A stretch of DNA of 61,421 nucleotides, counting the filler, from Bipalium vagum (Eukaryota): the NCBI GenBank assembly GCA_037834085.1. It is 3 parts of 3 records of this genome, joined end to end, with 100 filler letters (N's around TTAATTAATTAA, not from the genome) between each part and the next. Parts side by side here need not be neighbours in the genome. Positions count along the whole stretch, not along the records: positions 23,427 to 40,840 come from JBBMKC010066400.1; 2 more parts are not named here. The stretch is one strand, 5' to 3'. The notes under the pieces are model-generated. The model was not told where the DNA came from. It saw nothing but the letters and a program-made list of their open reading frames with translations, and did no database searches. Of the stretch, positions 23,842 through 37,400 are shown one piece after another. Within the stretch, counting starts at the first letter, position 1. Each line of letters begins with the position of its first letter. A program made the position numbers and the translations under genes.

Positions 23842-26136
23842 CAGTAGAGTTCGCCTAATCTGATGTCCTCGGGATAATAAAAACATACGGATTAGATGAA
23901 TTTAATTTATAAATGAAAAAATTCAAAAATTGAATTAATTTTTATTAATAAATGACAGCATAGATGTTTGTATGGTCTTCTTTATCAATTTTTTTAATAT
24001 AATTTGTCAGATCCAAGATCATATCAGAATAAATTTCTTTTAAATCATTTTTAAATTGTAAATATTATTTAATGATATCTAAAGCCACTAAATTAATTAT
24101 TTTTAATTTTTAAGAGTATTTAAAAAGTATATGTATGAAGTTAACTTATTTTTAAAATTAAAAAAAATTTCCAGGTCTGAGAAAATTTGTTTAAATATTA
24201 CTGTAAACTGCAACTAGATTCAGTTGAAATAATGAAATTAGATAGTTCGAATTAATAAAGTATTAATAAACTTAAACATAAACTAGTTAATTTTGTTAAC
24301 TTGTAAAATTTAATTTTAAAAATTAAAACTTAACCGATTTTGTTAATATCTGCTTGTTTAAATTGTCTTTTTAATTGTGTTATTTTTAAACCAGTAATTA
24401 AATATGGATAAAGATAACCATAAAAGTGAACAAGAACAAAAGGAACACCAAAGTTCATTCAGTTGATCAAAGAAATTAAAAATTACCAAAGTAGCTCGTT
24501 AATTAGAAAATTCACAGGAAACTACACGATGACATTATCAACAAAACTGTTATTCGACGATTTATCACCAAGTGATATGCTATCAAATCAATGAAACCAG
24601 ATCGAAGAGTTTTGTATGGTGGTAACGATAGATAAGCATAATTGGAAACAAAACTACACCAATGGGTGTTAATGTAACGTGAACGAGAACTTCAAGTGTC
24701 AGTTATTCGAATTAGATTACAAACACATGTCATTAGCAAAGAGATGAATATTGAAGGATTTCTCTGTAGCTCTCAATGAGCTGATAATTTTATGACACGA
24801 AAGAACATTTATCTTCAACCGCCTATCAAAAAGCAACAATTACCCAATGGTTTGAAAATTTCAGGTCACCAAGTTTAGAAGCACCATAATCAATTTGAAG
24901 AAGTATTAGCCCGATAATCAAATTGGGAATTTTGACAGGCCTTCGGGGTATACAGTTGAAACTGAAGGTGTCATTGAGTGAGAAATAAAACAACCGAACA
25001 CCAAAGAAAACGTTTATGACATCCTTGAAAGTGAGGAAAATGAAATGGAAATTACCGAATTTAGTCGAAACATTGAAGATGTTCCTGAACTTGTTGAATT
25101 AGAAGAAGTAGAGTATAGAGGAAGATGTTTTATATTTTTGAAGTATCTTGGATTTCCGTATTTTCCAATTACTAAAATATGGTGCTTTTCTGCAATCATA
25201 GAGACAGTGGCAGATCTGATATTCTCTCTTCATTTTTTACTACCATGAACTTTTACACCTTTAAATCTCTTTGTTCGATCAAGAGTCAAACGTTAAGATA
25301 ATCTATTTTCATCACAATTAAAAATATCAGATGAATGATATTCACTCTATATACTGAGAAATATATTGTTTCTCTATGTACGCACTGTATCTTTAAAGCA
25401 GAACTTTTTGCGGTGAATTTATAACTTTTAATGCAATGTTGTGCTTTACACCTATTTATCTAATTCATGTCAATTTCTCTGGGATCTTCAACTTATTTTA
25501 ATTCTTTTGCTAATTCATTTGAATTTTCTTTCAAAAAGTCACCAATTATTGCAATATCAGACCTCAAATTTCGGGTATGAGAGAATCATGTTAAGTGTTG
25601 TGGATGTTAATTTGTTGATCAATTTTTATTATTTTAACAGCTCCTGTTATGCCTTCTTTGCTGATTAATTATATAAACTTTTTAACGGTTTTTTGGCTTT
25701 ATTAAATTAAAAATTGCTCTGATATTGATTTAAAATCAATCTTACTTCCTCTCTTTTGTAGATTTTCTACAAATTTAATAATTGATTATTTTTAGATAAT
25801 GAACTTTCTGTTCGATTTCTTTTCAATATTCTATCTAAACTAAATGTATTTCATATAACAAAAAATATCAAATTCAAAAGTGTTTATTTTCAAAAAACAA
25901 TATTTAAAGTAATTTAAGTAATTGGATTCATTAAAAAATCGGATATGGGCATAAATTAGTTTTCAATTAAAAAATTTTATTAATTCGGATTGCAATTTTT
26001 ACCAAAGATTCCAAAAAAATGTTCGGATTAAACGAATTTTTTGGTTAAAAGAATTCTATAGTATATTTTCTATTTAAAAATTCTGGACCGTAAAAAATAT
26101 CCGTAAAAACAAATTCGGATTAGGGGAACTGTACTA
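23842..26136. mobile_element. Composite pogo/Tigger-family DNA transposon (decayed)
   Basis: Imperfect TIRs: CAGTAGAGTTCGCCTAATCTGA vs revcomp TAGTACAGTTCCCCTAATCCGA (18/22). Minus-strand Tigger DDE_1 fragment ~25700-25110 (IFNCDE, TKRFKGVKVHGSKK, EKHHILVIGKYGNPRYFKNIKHLPLY). Plus-strand CENP-B HTH pogo fragment ~24400-24940 (LETKLHQWVL, NQIGNFD). Confidence 0.75.
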
Positions 26137-26373
26137 TGATAATTTTAAATTTTAAAATTAAATTGTTTTTATAATTAGATTTTTAATACAATTTTAATTA
26201 GCCCTAAGTATTTTTTAGTTATTTGTTATTGATTTAATACAAAATGTTTGTTTTAATAATTAATGAAAATGAATAATAATATGTCTACGGCATAATATTT
26301 GAATTTAAATTTATATATTGAAATTAATTATTTTTTGAATTTTATATTTTAGGTTATTTAGTATTGAAGAATA

Positions 26374-29300
26374 ATGATGATCGAAGACTTAAAAGTAGCA
26401 ATTAAGGTAAATTATTATAATTTATATAAAATATGATTTTATTATAGAACCATATCTTAAAATCTATTAATCAAAGTGAACTGTACAGTTTGTGTAATTT
26501 TTTTAATATCCCAACAACTGGTTTTCGGGAATTAATTCGAAAAAGATTAATTGATTCAATATTAGTAACAAATGATGTGGATATATTGCATCGAGTCTTA
26601 ATTATAATAAATAAGAATGGGGATGTGATTGGACAAGGTAATAAACCACCCATTTCTCAACCCGCGTTTCCTTTGAACAGAAATATGCCAATAAATGAAA
26701 TTCCTCGCATAAATAGTGTAATTTCTTTAAATGACTTACACAAAAAGCTTTATTGTATCAATAACTATAACTTGAGTATGTGTCCAATTAATATTAGACA
26801 CGAAATTCCAAATGAAATTGATCCGAATGGTTTATTTATTCCGAATTTCACGAAATTTCCGTCTGGTTGTTTCCAAGTTCCTATTATGAGTCCGACTTTA
26901 ACAAATGGTCGATTAAATGCTCCAACTGTTCAAGTACCATATTCAGTACGAGACTTGATTATAAAAAATTCTCAGTTCTATTGCTGCCAAGTTATTTTGC
27001 ATCCACTTAGTTTATTAATACCCAGACCGTCTCCAAATATCAACCAAACAACTAGAATGATGTCAAAGCTTCAATTATATTTTACACTGTCAAATGACAC
27101 AAAAAGATTACTCGAAATGCATTGTTCTCAAAATAAAAACCGCAAAACTTATAAATGGCAAGTATTGATCCGTTTTGGAATGTACGATCCAACGAAGCCG
27201 TTTCCAATAGCGAAAAATAGTGATGATATTGTTCCAGATTTACCGGAATGTATTCCTCCATATCTGACAATAAACGTCAACGGTTCTTCTGTGCCATTAT
27301 GGGATATCTTGCCGAGCAATACCACAGCAAAGGAAGGTAAGCGTCATCCAAGACCGGTAAATATTACAGATTATCTTAAATTCTTTTCGCCAAACACTGT
27401 TGAAAACAACACCTCTGGGATCGGCCACAAACAGTCTATTTTAGTAAATTGGTGGCAGACTCCGGGTGTTTATCAGTATTATTATGTCGGAGTGTTTCTC
27501 GAACGCAAAGTGGCTGTCAACGAATTGATTGATCGTTTTGTCAATCGAACACATAGTCTTCAAAAACCGATTTCCTACACATTTGATTTCATTAGAGTTA
27601 AATTTTCTTTAAATCAGAGTTCCAGAGGAAATTTTGGCGACGACGATTTGGTAATTTCATCCGTTCTTCCAATATCACTATTGTGTCCCGTTGGAAGGAG
27701 TCGTATCACCTGTCCCATACGAAGCATACGTTGTTTGCATTTACAATGCTTTGATGCCCATTTGTATTTATTGATGAACGAGAGACGATCCGTGTGGAAA
27801 TGTCCTGTTTGTGATGCTCAGGCAACTTTGGAAGACCTGTTCGTTGATGAATTCTTTTTGAAAATACTTCAACAGTTTGCTGACAATGAAAAAGTCACAG
27901 AAGTTAATGTTAACCCAGATTGCTCTTATACGGCTGTAGCGGTTAAGGAAAGTCGTGATCGCAAGCAAAAAGCCGGGAATATTATATCGAATATTGATCG
28001 TAATCCTCTAAATACAATAAAGGTCAGCACTGAAACGAGACCGCCTGCTAACGGAAGTATTGCGATCGGTAATCAGAACAATCCCCCTATTATATTGTTG
28101 GAAAGTGACGATGAAGATTTTGGAAAATCGGCAAAGAAGATGCCGGCTCAGTCAACTAATTCAGAAACTGTTTTCTATAGGTAATCATTATGATGGTTAA
28201 TATGTTTAGAATCGATTGTTATGATATATTGTGAATTGAACACTTATTGATTTATAAACATGGGTCTAAATATCGGTTTTCTGTCTGTTTTGTAACTGTT
28301 TTCCTTCGCTTTATATATATTGTAAACGACGCAAATATAATTTTGTTATCAGGACTTTTATTAGTTTTTTTTATTCTCTTTAAATTTTTCCATTAACTTT
28401 TTAAATTTTTAATAACTGCGTCACCTTTTTCATTTGCAAATTATGAGAAAAAAATCTGAAATTATGACATATTTAATTTACTCGCCTTACGTTACTGTAT
28501 AATATATTTGACAGTAAATCTGATAAGATAATAATCGATATATTAAAATAGGACAATTTGTTATTTTATTCTTAATTTTACCCAAAATATGAATAATGAT
28601 CATTATTGGAGTTGGGAGTGGGTTTGGTTTTGTCCTGTCGCCTCTGAATGGTTATTATTGTCGTTATCATCATTTTTGACACAGATAACCATCTCTGTCA
28701 TTTGTTGTTAATTCTAAAAATCATATCGATTTATTAATATGGGCCTTTATAAAAATCTGTTTTTTAATATTATCCATTTCGATTATAATTACTATGATTT
28801 TTTGATCAGAACATTCAAGTTAATCCTTTCAAAAAACGATTCTAAATTAACTCTTTTACGAATATAATTCGACAAATCACATTGTATCATTCAGTGCAGT
28901 GATCTCAAATCAGAATGATAAAAAGCTGTCAGAGAATTCTTCGCAAATGGTAACTGCGCTCACAGTTGATCTGACATCTGACAGTGACAACGAAAAGGAA
29001 ATCAACAAAATCCCAAATATTATCAATTCGAAAAATATGCAAATAAACTGTGGAACTCCGAACAACTTCGAATCTGTCATGTTATCAAATCTTTCAAAAA
29101 TGCCCACCCAACCGATAGAATTCGGACGCGTTGACAACAGGGTGGCGCTGAATTTTATGGAATTGACCAAGTCTTGTAATGACAGTCTTCAATTGAATAA
29201 TTTCTATCAACCGACAGTCAATAAGACAAACTGGAGAATGGAGTATCCTTTGATGAAAAATCAACCAGTCGAATCAGTGTTGGAAAACACGACAGCACCT

Positions 29301-30299
29301 CAGAATTTCTCTGAGCCAAAATCAGACATTTCTAACTGTTCCATTCCTCAACTGCAGTCGAGTGATACTTCACATGTTCCACAATGCGCTAGTTCTCATC
29401 CAAAACTCCCGTCTCAATCGATTCCGAATTCTGAATGTCGAAATTCCAGTGTGTCGACCACCGGTTCAGATAATGCCACGTTGAATTTGGAAAATCAATC
29501 TCAACCAGTTTCGAGAGACAAAGTTCGTGTGAATGACAAGAAAAAACGTAACAAGCAGCCCTCAGTACTAAAAATTGTCGACAATCAATCACAAAAACCT
29601 AATGAAACCCGCGCATCACGCCGCAGTAGTCGGATATCGAATTTAAGCAGGAAGTCTTATTTTGAAACACATACTTCCGATGACGATCACCTCAACTCGA
29701 GACAGGCGCACCATTGTGATAATACCAACCAACTTGTGGGCGATTTGAAAATGGTGATTCGCTTGAAAAGACCTAGTCCCCTGGATGATAGTGTTTCATC
29801 GACTTCATCTCAAAACAAACCGATTAAACGAAGTAAAATTATATTGAGTTTTTATTATCTCTAATAATAACTAAAAATATTTTTAATCAATTGTGGATAA
29901 ATTCTTTTCATTTATTGATTTCTTTAAAGAAAAAAACATTTAACCTTCTTATCTTAGTTGTTTTTCTTTTCGTTATATTGTAGGCCTTGTCTTTTTATTT
30001 ATGTGTATTTTTTCGTTTCAGGATTGTTATCAGACTCGTCAGAAGATGAGAAGTGCAACGTTTCCGGTCAGTCGTCACTTGTTGCCGACTGGAGCTTGGG
30101 AGCAGCGATTAATGATTTGAAATGTCCCGTTGTTATCTTGAATAAATTAGATCCTGTGGTTTTAAAGGGTTATTTATTCCAAGAGACCGACGTCATCCTA
30201 GATCAAGATTTCTCAAATGCTAAAGAACAGAACCAATGCGTTCTCGAATCCAGATTTGATTCCACAGAAATTTTTAATGGAATAAAAAATCAATTTTAG
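26374..30299 (+). CDS. PIAS: PIAS / Su(var)2-10-family SUMO E3 ligase, 4 coding exons, 993 aa
   Basis: Exons 26374-26406, 26448-28180, 28895-29832, 30022-30299 (all GT-AG, phases 0/2/1 consistent, 2982 nt). SAP-like N-terminus (SELYSLCNFFNIPTTGFRELIRKRLI), PINIT (PRPVNITDY), SP-RING (SLLCPVGRSRITCPIRSIRCLHLQCFDA..WKCPVC), SIM (IILLESDDED). Confidence 0.95.
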
Positions 30300-30939
30300 A
30301 ATTATTGATTTTTTTAAACAAAAAGTACTCGGATAAATAAATTATTTTTTGTCAGAATTTTGTCCATGAAGATAAAATGTGTGTGCGAGCAGACTGGAAT
30401 AAGTGGTTTGGAAAGTTTTCTGATTTTTGGTCCCGTTGAAAAAGTCTAACCAAACAAAAAGAATTTTTAAAAAACACTCAAATATATTTTTTGTTTTATC
30501 AAAATTCATTAAACTATACAGACGATGTCTTGTATTTATATTTTTTAGTTAAATTTTAAAATTGATCTTTTAAATGTTAAGGTTATTCTAAATTTTACAA
30601 AATGTAAATGCATATAATAGTTAGCGTCGGTAGGTAAAAAAGTTAAATCTATTTATAGGGGAAAAGGTGAAATGTAGACTTAAAAGAAATAATTTCGTTC
30701 ACTTTAAGAGGCTAAATTGAGGATATTCGTTGATATGTATTGTTCATTTGTTAATCTTGATCAAATTTCCTGGATGTAAGTAAAAGTAAGTGGTAGACAA
30801 ATTTGGTATGAATGAAGAAATAGGAGAAAGTGGAAACATCAGTGGGTCCAAACGTAAAATTAGTAGAATGCTACAAATTCAGGGCGACGCAGGTATATCA
30901 GATTTTCCGTAAATATGAAAACGCAGAAGGATTTCACAA

Positions 30940-31210
30940 TTGGACTCATCGAGCTTGGGAACCCCTAGGCGACCTCAGAAGGGCCTAGAGGGCGACCCGG
31001 GGACCCCTTGCCGCTTTTGGTAGACTGTTTTCTGTTGTTGGACTTATTTGAGAATTCTCGTGGTGATCGATATTGGGATTGTGTTTGTGTCAATAAAGTT
31101 TTTATTGATGACGTTTTGATTCAGTAAGGTTTAAAAGGGAACGGACACTACATTTTATAAGAGTGAGGAGTTACGAGTACACGAGCACACGTTACTACGT
31201 CCAAGTATAA
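30940..31210 (+). mobile_element. Possible LTR fragment
   Basis: Locally GC-rich block followed by AATAAA and a gypsy-like terminus ...ACACTACA (~31152); a second ...GTAACA end follows. No 5' TG end or partner LTR located. Confidence 0.3.
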
Positions 31211-31269
31211 TAGTAACATACGGATGAATCAGAAGTTTAGAATTTTAAATGTATTAATATTGTGTCATT

Positions 31270-31705
31270 AATTAGCCAAAGCGAAAACCCTTTTGTGAAC
31301 TGAAGAAGTATATTTAAAAGAGGCTGGAGAAAAACTAAATAAAGGCAATTATGGAATTACATCAAAATGAGATTTCACCGGAGCTTTATGATATGTTTCA
31401 AAAATGTCAGAAGAGTACGTCGGCTGTTGAAAGAAGTTTTTCGATGCTTAAATGCTTTTATGTAATGATAGACAATTCTAAAAAGAAAATATTAAGCAAT
31501 ATCTTGTTATGTATGTGAACAAAAGCTAATGATTTTCTTGAAGAAAATATTGTACAATATTAATATATCTTGCATTTTTTATGTTTTTTATTTTTCGATT
31601 ATATTTTTTATTATTTTAATGTTAACTTTTGTATGTTTATGATCAATAAAGTCAATTTTTACGTCAATTTACATATTTTAGGCCAATTTTGTGGCCCTAG
31701 TTATT
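31270..31705 (+). mobile_element. 3' end of a hAT-like transposon (dimerisation-domain remnant)
   Basis: EISPELYDMFQKCQKSTSAVERSFSMLK (S..VERSFS motif), then an AT-rich 3' region ending GGCCCTAGTTAT. Confidence 0.55.
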
Positions 31706-31729
31706 TTTTTTTAAATAAAACTTTATGGT

Positions 31730-32640
31730 GAAGCAACGCCTAAAGAATCAGAAATCTATTCTTCCAACAACGTTGATAATATTTGGTTATTCAGATGATG
31801 CCGGTCAGATATTACATACACTTTCAAATGAGCAGAATGCAGTAGTGGAAGGTGTTCTAAAGATTGGAGAACTGTTCTGGGTGGTGTATTGTCATTAGGA
31901 GAAAAAAGATCCTAAGTTGCATCCGTGGAAAACATGTCCTGTTTATATTTGAAGCGTGAAGCCATTTTTGAATTGCTTCAGAACATTTTTTTCAGTATAT
32001 TTTACAATTTGATAGATGCATGACTGTAAGAAAAAGTAAGATAACTTTGTTTCTTACTGCTCATATCATCCGACGGCCGAGGGTTGGTGACTATAGCGGG
32101 TAGTTTTCGACATCTAAGAAAAACCTGCAGTGAAATCTGTAAAGTACAGTCCACTACCAATATCTTTGAGCGGGTAACAACTCATTTCGAAATAGCGGAT
32201 TTTAGCTACTGTATCCATATGGATTCTGACTGTATTATCTGATATTTGTTATGAAAAGAAGCAATATTTTGCGGAGAGACGGGAGTGAAGATGAGCACAA
32301 AAGCAGTCATGACGAAATCGCACTGTCACAAGAAGAAATCAACCTTCACAATCAAAACCTCATTCTACCTTTTAAGCTCTACAGAAATTTCTGGAAGTAC
32401 AAGACAACTGAAGTATAATTCCAGTGGAAGAGTTTTAACTTAGCTTTTCTTTAAAAAGAAGTGAAACTGCAATCACAAATTTTAAAGCAACAGTAAAATA
32501 AAACTTGTAATATGACTGGAATGCATTATATTTCGTATGTGCTGTAAAAACTTTGACACAAGCACTTTGACCACTATGGAATGTTGGAAATCAATTAAAT
32601 GGATTAATCACGAATAGAAAGTCAATTAATTGTTACTTTA
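31730..32640 (+). mobile_element. Possible Helitron/PIF1-helicase remnant
   Basis: HTLSNEQNAVVEGVL resembles the PIF1 Q-motif region; the rest is coding-like but badly disrupted. Confidence 0.3.
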
Positions 32641-32790
32641 AGAAAGCTAAGAGCAAATTATTTTACTAACAAGTTTTTCTGACTTATTAATCTGCAAATT
32701 CAATTGATAAAATTTTAAAGATAATTAAGATAAAAATTCCTGATACTAATACGAAATTGTAACCTTATTAATAGAAATTTAAAAATAATA

Positions 32791-34076
32791 TCAGGCTGTG
32801 TAGTATGAAATTTGTAAAATGAAAAACAAAGTTTATTAATAAATTACAAATAAAAGAAACTATGCTATTCATCAAAATAGGCATCCATATTGTCTACACA
32901 TTTTTGCCATTTAAGCGGCAGCTTGTTCATGCTGGTCATATAAAACCCTGGCGGGCGAGTGTCAAGGAATTCCTGGAAGGCCAATTTTATATCATCGTCA
33001 GATTTGAATTGTTTTCCACCGAAAAAGTTCTCCAAATTACGAAAGAAATACTGATCAGTGGGAGCTATGTCTGGTGAGTATGGAGGATGATTAAGAAGTT
33101 CCAACCCCAACTCCTGTATTTTTGCCACACTCATTTTCGACATGTTTGCTTTAGCATTATCCTGCAATAAAATAGAAATTGATCTATTGATTAATTTTGA
33201 CTGTTTTATTTTAATTTTTTTCACTATTTCGTCCAATCACTTACAGTACACTTCTGTTGTGATTGATGAGGCCGGTTTCAAGAATTCATAATGAATCACA
33301 CCTGCACTACACCACCAAACACTCACCATCAGTTTCTTTTCATAGATATTACGCTTTGGACTGCGTTTCGGTAGTTCATCTTTGTCCAACCACTGGGAAG
33401 AACGTTTGCGGTTGTCATATCTTATCCATTTTTCGTCACAAGTGAAAATACGATTCAAAAATGGATCAGATTTTTGACGAGAAAGGAACATCAAACAGAA
33501 TTGCAAACGCTTTTCTTTTTGTTTTGCATTCAGTTCATGAGGAACCCATTTATGTAATTTTTTCACCTTTCCTATTTGATTTATATGATCCAAAATAGTT
33601 TTTTGGTGACACCAAACTTTACAGACAATTCCTGGGCACTCTGACATGGGTAAGACTCAATGATCATCTTTAATTTGTCGTTGCACACCTTTGATTCTGG
33701 ACGACCACGTGGCTCATTTTGGAGGTTAAAATTATCCTTACGAAATTTTGAAAACCAATTGGAAACTGTTTGTTGTGTAGTTACACGAGTCCCAAATACT
33801 GCATTAATATTTTCATCTGTCTGCGATGCCGTTGTTTTGCGTAAAAACTCATATTTCATAATTATGCGTATTTCCGATATATCCATTTTTTAAAAAAATG
33901 ATTAATTTAAACAATTGATTTATACTTTATCAGATTAAAATGATATTCTCAATCAAGACAGATATATAATTTACCAACGCAAAAAATAGAATGGTAAAAC
34001 ATCAAGCCGATAACAAATAAACAACAATTAAAGTTGGCAATTTCATTACCTACAAATTTCATACTACACAACCTGA
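32791..34076 (-). mobile_element. Full-length mariner element (DD34D), 1286 bp, transposase inactivated by two lesions
   Basis: 26-bp TIRs TCAGG(C/T)TGTGTAGTATGAAATTTGTA (25/26) with TA duplication. Transposase 33886-32865 has WVPHEL, TCDEKW, LQDNA and HPPYSPDIAPTD; one frameshift near 33605 and one in-frame TGA at 33239-33237. Confidence 0.97.
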
Positions 34077-36674
34077 TAAATTGAATTTTATGTTCATATT
34101 ATTATTATAATTAAAACCGTATTGTACGAATCCCTCACAATCGATGTTAAATTCAAGAACTATTGAGAACATTCAAAAGACGAGCAAGTGAACAAGACAG
34201 AACATTACAATAAATCAAAGGAATATCCGTAAGTTTTTAAATTAGAAGTTGACAGATGTCTTTGTGTTTTCCATTAATTGAATAAGAATGTCCATGTATG
34301 TAGAAATGCTGATCTGACAAATGAATGAAGATTCAATTATTCTCATGACAGAATTGTAAGTGCGAACAGTTGCTTCATTTGAAGTAAATCGATTTTTACA
34401 TGAGTTTGGATTTAAGTCTAACTAGAAGCCGAAATATTTCTATTTTAGTTGTTATAAACAGAACTGAATATCATAATATACATTAATTTTTTTAATACAG
34501 GAAATTTATAAGTTTATTTAAATGAGTTAAAGGGCAATTGTACGGATATATTAATATTGAATACATTGTATTTATTATGGATATTGTACTTGTTCATCAT
34601 TATAAAAATTTAATTTTGAACGACTCCATTTTTTGTTCTTAACACTGAATTGTCCTTTTTAAAATCCAATTGAAAATTGTTTCGATAAGTAGAAATCTAA
34701 TTGTAAGATATCGATGTGAAGGAGATTCGATTGATAGATTAAATTAGCATCTTCTGGTTATGGATATGCGATTTTTGAAAATTAGAAAACGGTAAAATTA
34801 TTATTAACATTAATAATAAATTTTATGAATCAGACTACAAAAACTACAAAAAAACAGACTTTTTCAAATGCAATAGTGATTTAATTGATTGCAACATTGA
34901 ATTTATGATTTAAAAAATGACCTGAACAAATGTGATAATGACGTAACCAATTCCAATACTGGCTTCGTAGATTGAGAAACACTGTAATTAATACTATATA
35001 AATAATATATAAAATTATATTTAGTAAGTTTGATTAGAGCCAATGAGAAGCTCTAGAATGTGGAAAACCGGAGTATATAACCTCCTGGTTTTGATATTCA
35101 AAATGCCCTTAATCAATCTGAGAATACACATATTGCTATTCGAGTTAAAAGATATTTAAGACGCTGGTAATAATAAAAGGTAAGAATTTGTATTAATTCC
35201 AAAAGTGTTTAAACGACAGAGTTAAACTTAAATAATTAATTAATTAACATTTACTTAGTGATAGAAGGAAATACTTCTCATCACTAACGTTTTAATATTT
35301 TCTTCATTCTTTTTTATTGTTCTCTCACTAATTCGATTCTGCCTTGCTCTAGACGACAGAATGCGCATTTTTGTTATAAGGACTTCTTCGATTATCGTAA
35401 AGTCAAGAAGATATTTTATTAATTAAATAATTTTTTGTAATTTTGAATATTGTTTGATTGAATAGATTTCCAACCTTGCATTTGTGATAACAAATATACC
35501 TTATTTTGTTATTCACTTTGTTTATTCGTGAGTTTTCAATTATTTACACTTTCTTCTAGGGAGTTGGTGAGCCTAGTTGTAAGCGCCCCTTGTAACAGTT
35601 TAGCTTGCGACCTAGACCGTTACATATATATAAACGATAAAAATTCAAATGAGGACACAAAAACCAGAAACAGACAGACATCAGAGTAGAAGCACAAAAA
35701 CCTACACAAGAATTTCAAATAATTTTTAACGCATAAGAACATTTTACTTTAAAGAAGGGTGGGTAATTATTCCAAATACATAAATACCTGGCTTAAAACA
35801 GTTAACCTACAGATTGTTAGACATCAGTGCAGAAGAACACTAGNNNNNNNNNNNNNNNNNNNNNNNNNNNNNNNNNNNNNNNNNNNNNNNNNNNNNNNNN
35901 NNNNNNNNNNNNNNNNNNNNNNNNNNNNNNNNNNNNNNNNNNNNNNNNNNNNNNNNNNNNNNNNNNNNNNNNNNNNNNNNNNNNNNNNNNNNNNNNNNNN
36001 NNNNNNNNNNNTAATTAATTACAATTTTAAAGTGAGCTTTGAAATGTAAGCAAAAAAACGTCCATTTTAATGGCAAAAGTTGCGACAATGGATCAAGGCG
36101 CCATTTAAATTTGGTTAACTTTAATTCATTATAACACGACGTGGTCTTTTAATATTTTTAAAACTTGTTTTTTTAGATGATTTGGAGTTCTTTGGCAAAG
36201 GATGTGTAAGACAATTGAAAGCTGACAAGACTAATTCGTCAAGATGGGCTATTGCTGACTTGTTCAGTGCACTAGGGTAGTTAAGGTACCGGATGCTTGG
36301 AGATCAGTCAATTGGAGGCACGTAACCAGTGAATTAAGTTTTCCAAACCTTTGATGAGAAAAAATGAATTGTTTCGAACATCACGTCGAAGATACGGAGA
36401 AAGTGTCAAGGGTCAGGTCGTACAATATCCACAAAAAGAAATTCTCCGAAAGATATCATGTTTTTTTTATCAAGCGATTTTTAAAGATTTGACCGGAAAG
36501 ATCATTGGTAAAAGTAATACAGGTGATGTCAATTAGGTATCTTTTCGACAATATCAGCGAATAGGAAAGTAATCTCTTAATGTAACTTATAAATTTCTAT
36601 GTGAAGGCAAAGGCACACAAACACAACAGTTTATTCTCATTATTCTCTCTTTCACTTCCTTGCAATGACGTAAT

Positions 36675-37400
36675 CTACCAGGACCAGACAAGCAAACTTT
36701 TCACAAAATTCGATTGATGTACAACAATCTTAGACATTCGATTGGTGAATACATTAATGATTTTTTGTTCAAAATCTACCAATAAAAAGCATTTGTTATG
36801 CATAAACTGTCTGCTTAATGTTTTCTCACAAAGAAGCTCATTGGGATTAGGTCCGGTGACCTTCAATCAATAGTTTCTCTTTGGCCAGTCTATTTTCCAG
36901 GAATATTTTGGCATAGCAATTCCCGAACTGGCAAGATAAATGTGTAGGTGTACCATCTCATATAAACTGTATTCAGGAACCTGAGGGCAATTGATTGGAA
37001 GCAAGATAAAAATAATATTTTAACATATCCAAGTAATTTGTGCATGTCACATGTTTGGTGAAGAAATAGGATCCAATCAAATCAGCTGCATTAACAATGA
37101 CACCAGACGTATTATAACTTGATTATTTTTTTCATCCAAAACATGAGGACCATGATTATTGGTTCTTTTGGGACTACACTTCAGGATGCAAGAAACACAA
37201 TAATCAATATTGGAATTTCAAAACATAAATCAAGTACACTCTTAAAACCATGTGCAATATCAAACATTGAGTAGTCGGTGAAGATTTGGAACTTCCATGC
37301 TACTGGATGTTCGGTACTTTTTATATAGACTGAAGCAAATCAATTATTCCGCTGAATGAACTTTATCATAAATCCATACTGGTTGATTACATCTATGGCA
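36675..37400 (-). mobile_element. Decayed Tc3/rosa-like (DD41D-type) transposase remnant
   Basis: LIGSYFFTKHVTCTNYLDML, FI*DGTPTH (FQQDGAPPH), SPDLIPMSF, IKQTVY. Many stops. Confidence 0.6.

Noticed and set aside
35353-35396. Possible small first coding exon (MRIFVIRTSSII) with AG/GT ends
   Set aside because: Separated from downstream exons by three gaps and has no recognisable motif; cannot be assigned.
35759-36088. ORFs containing long X runs (also 39118-39448)
   Set aside because: They span N gaps and are artefacts.
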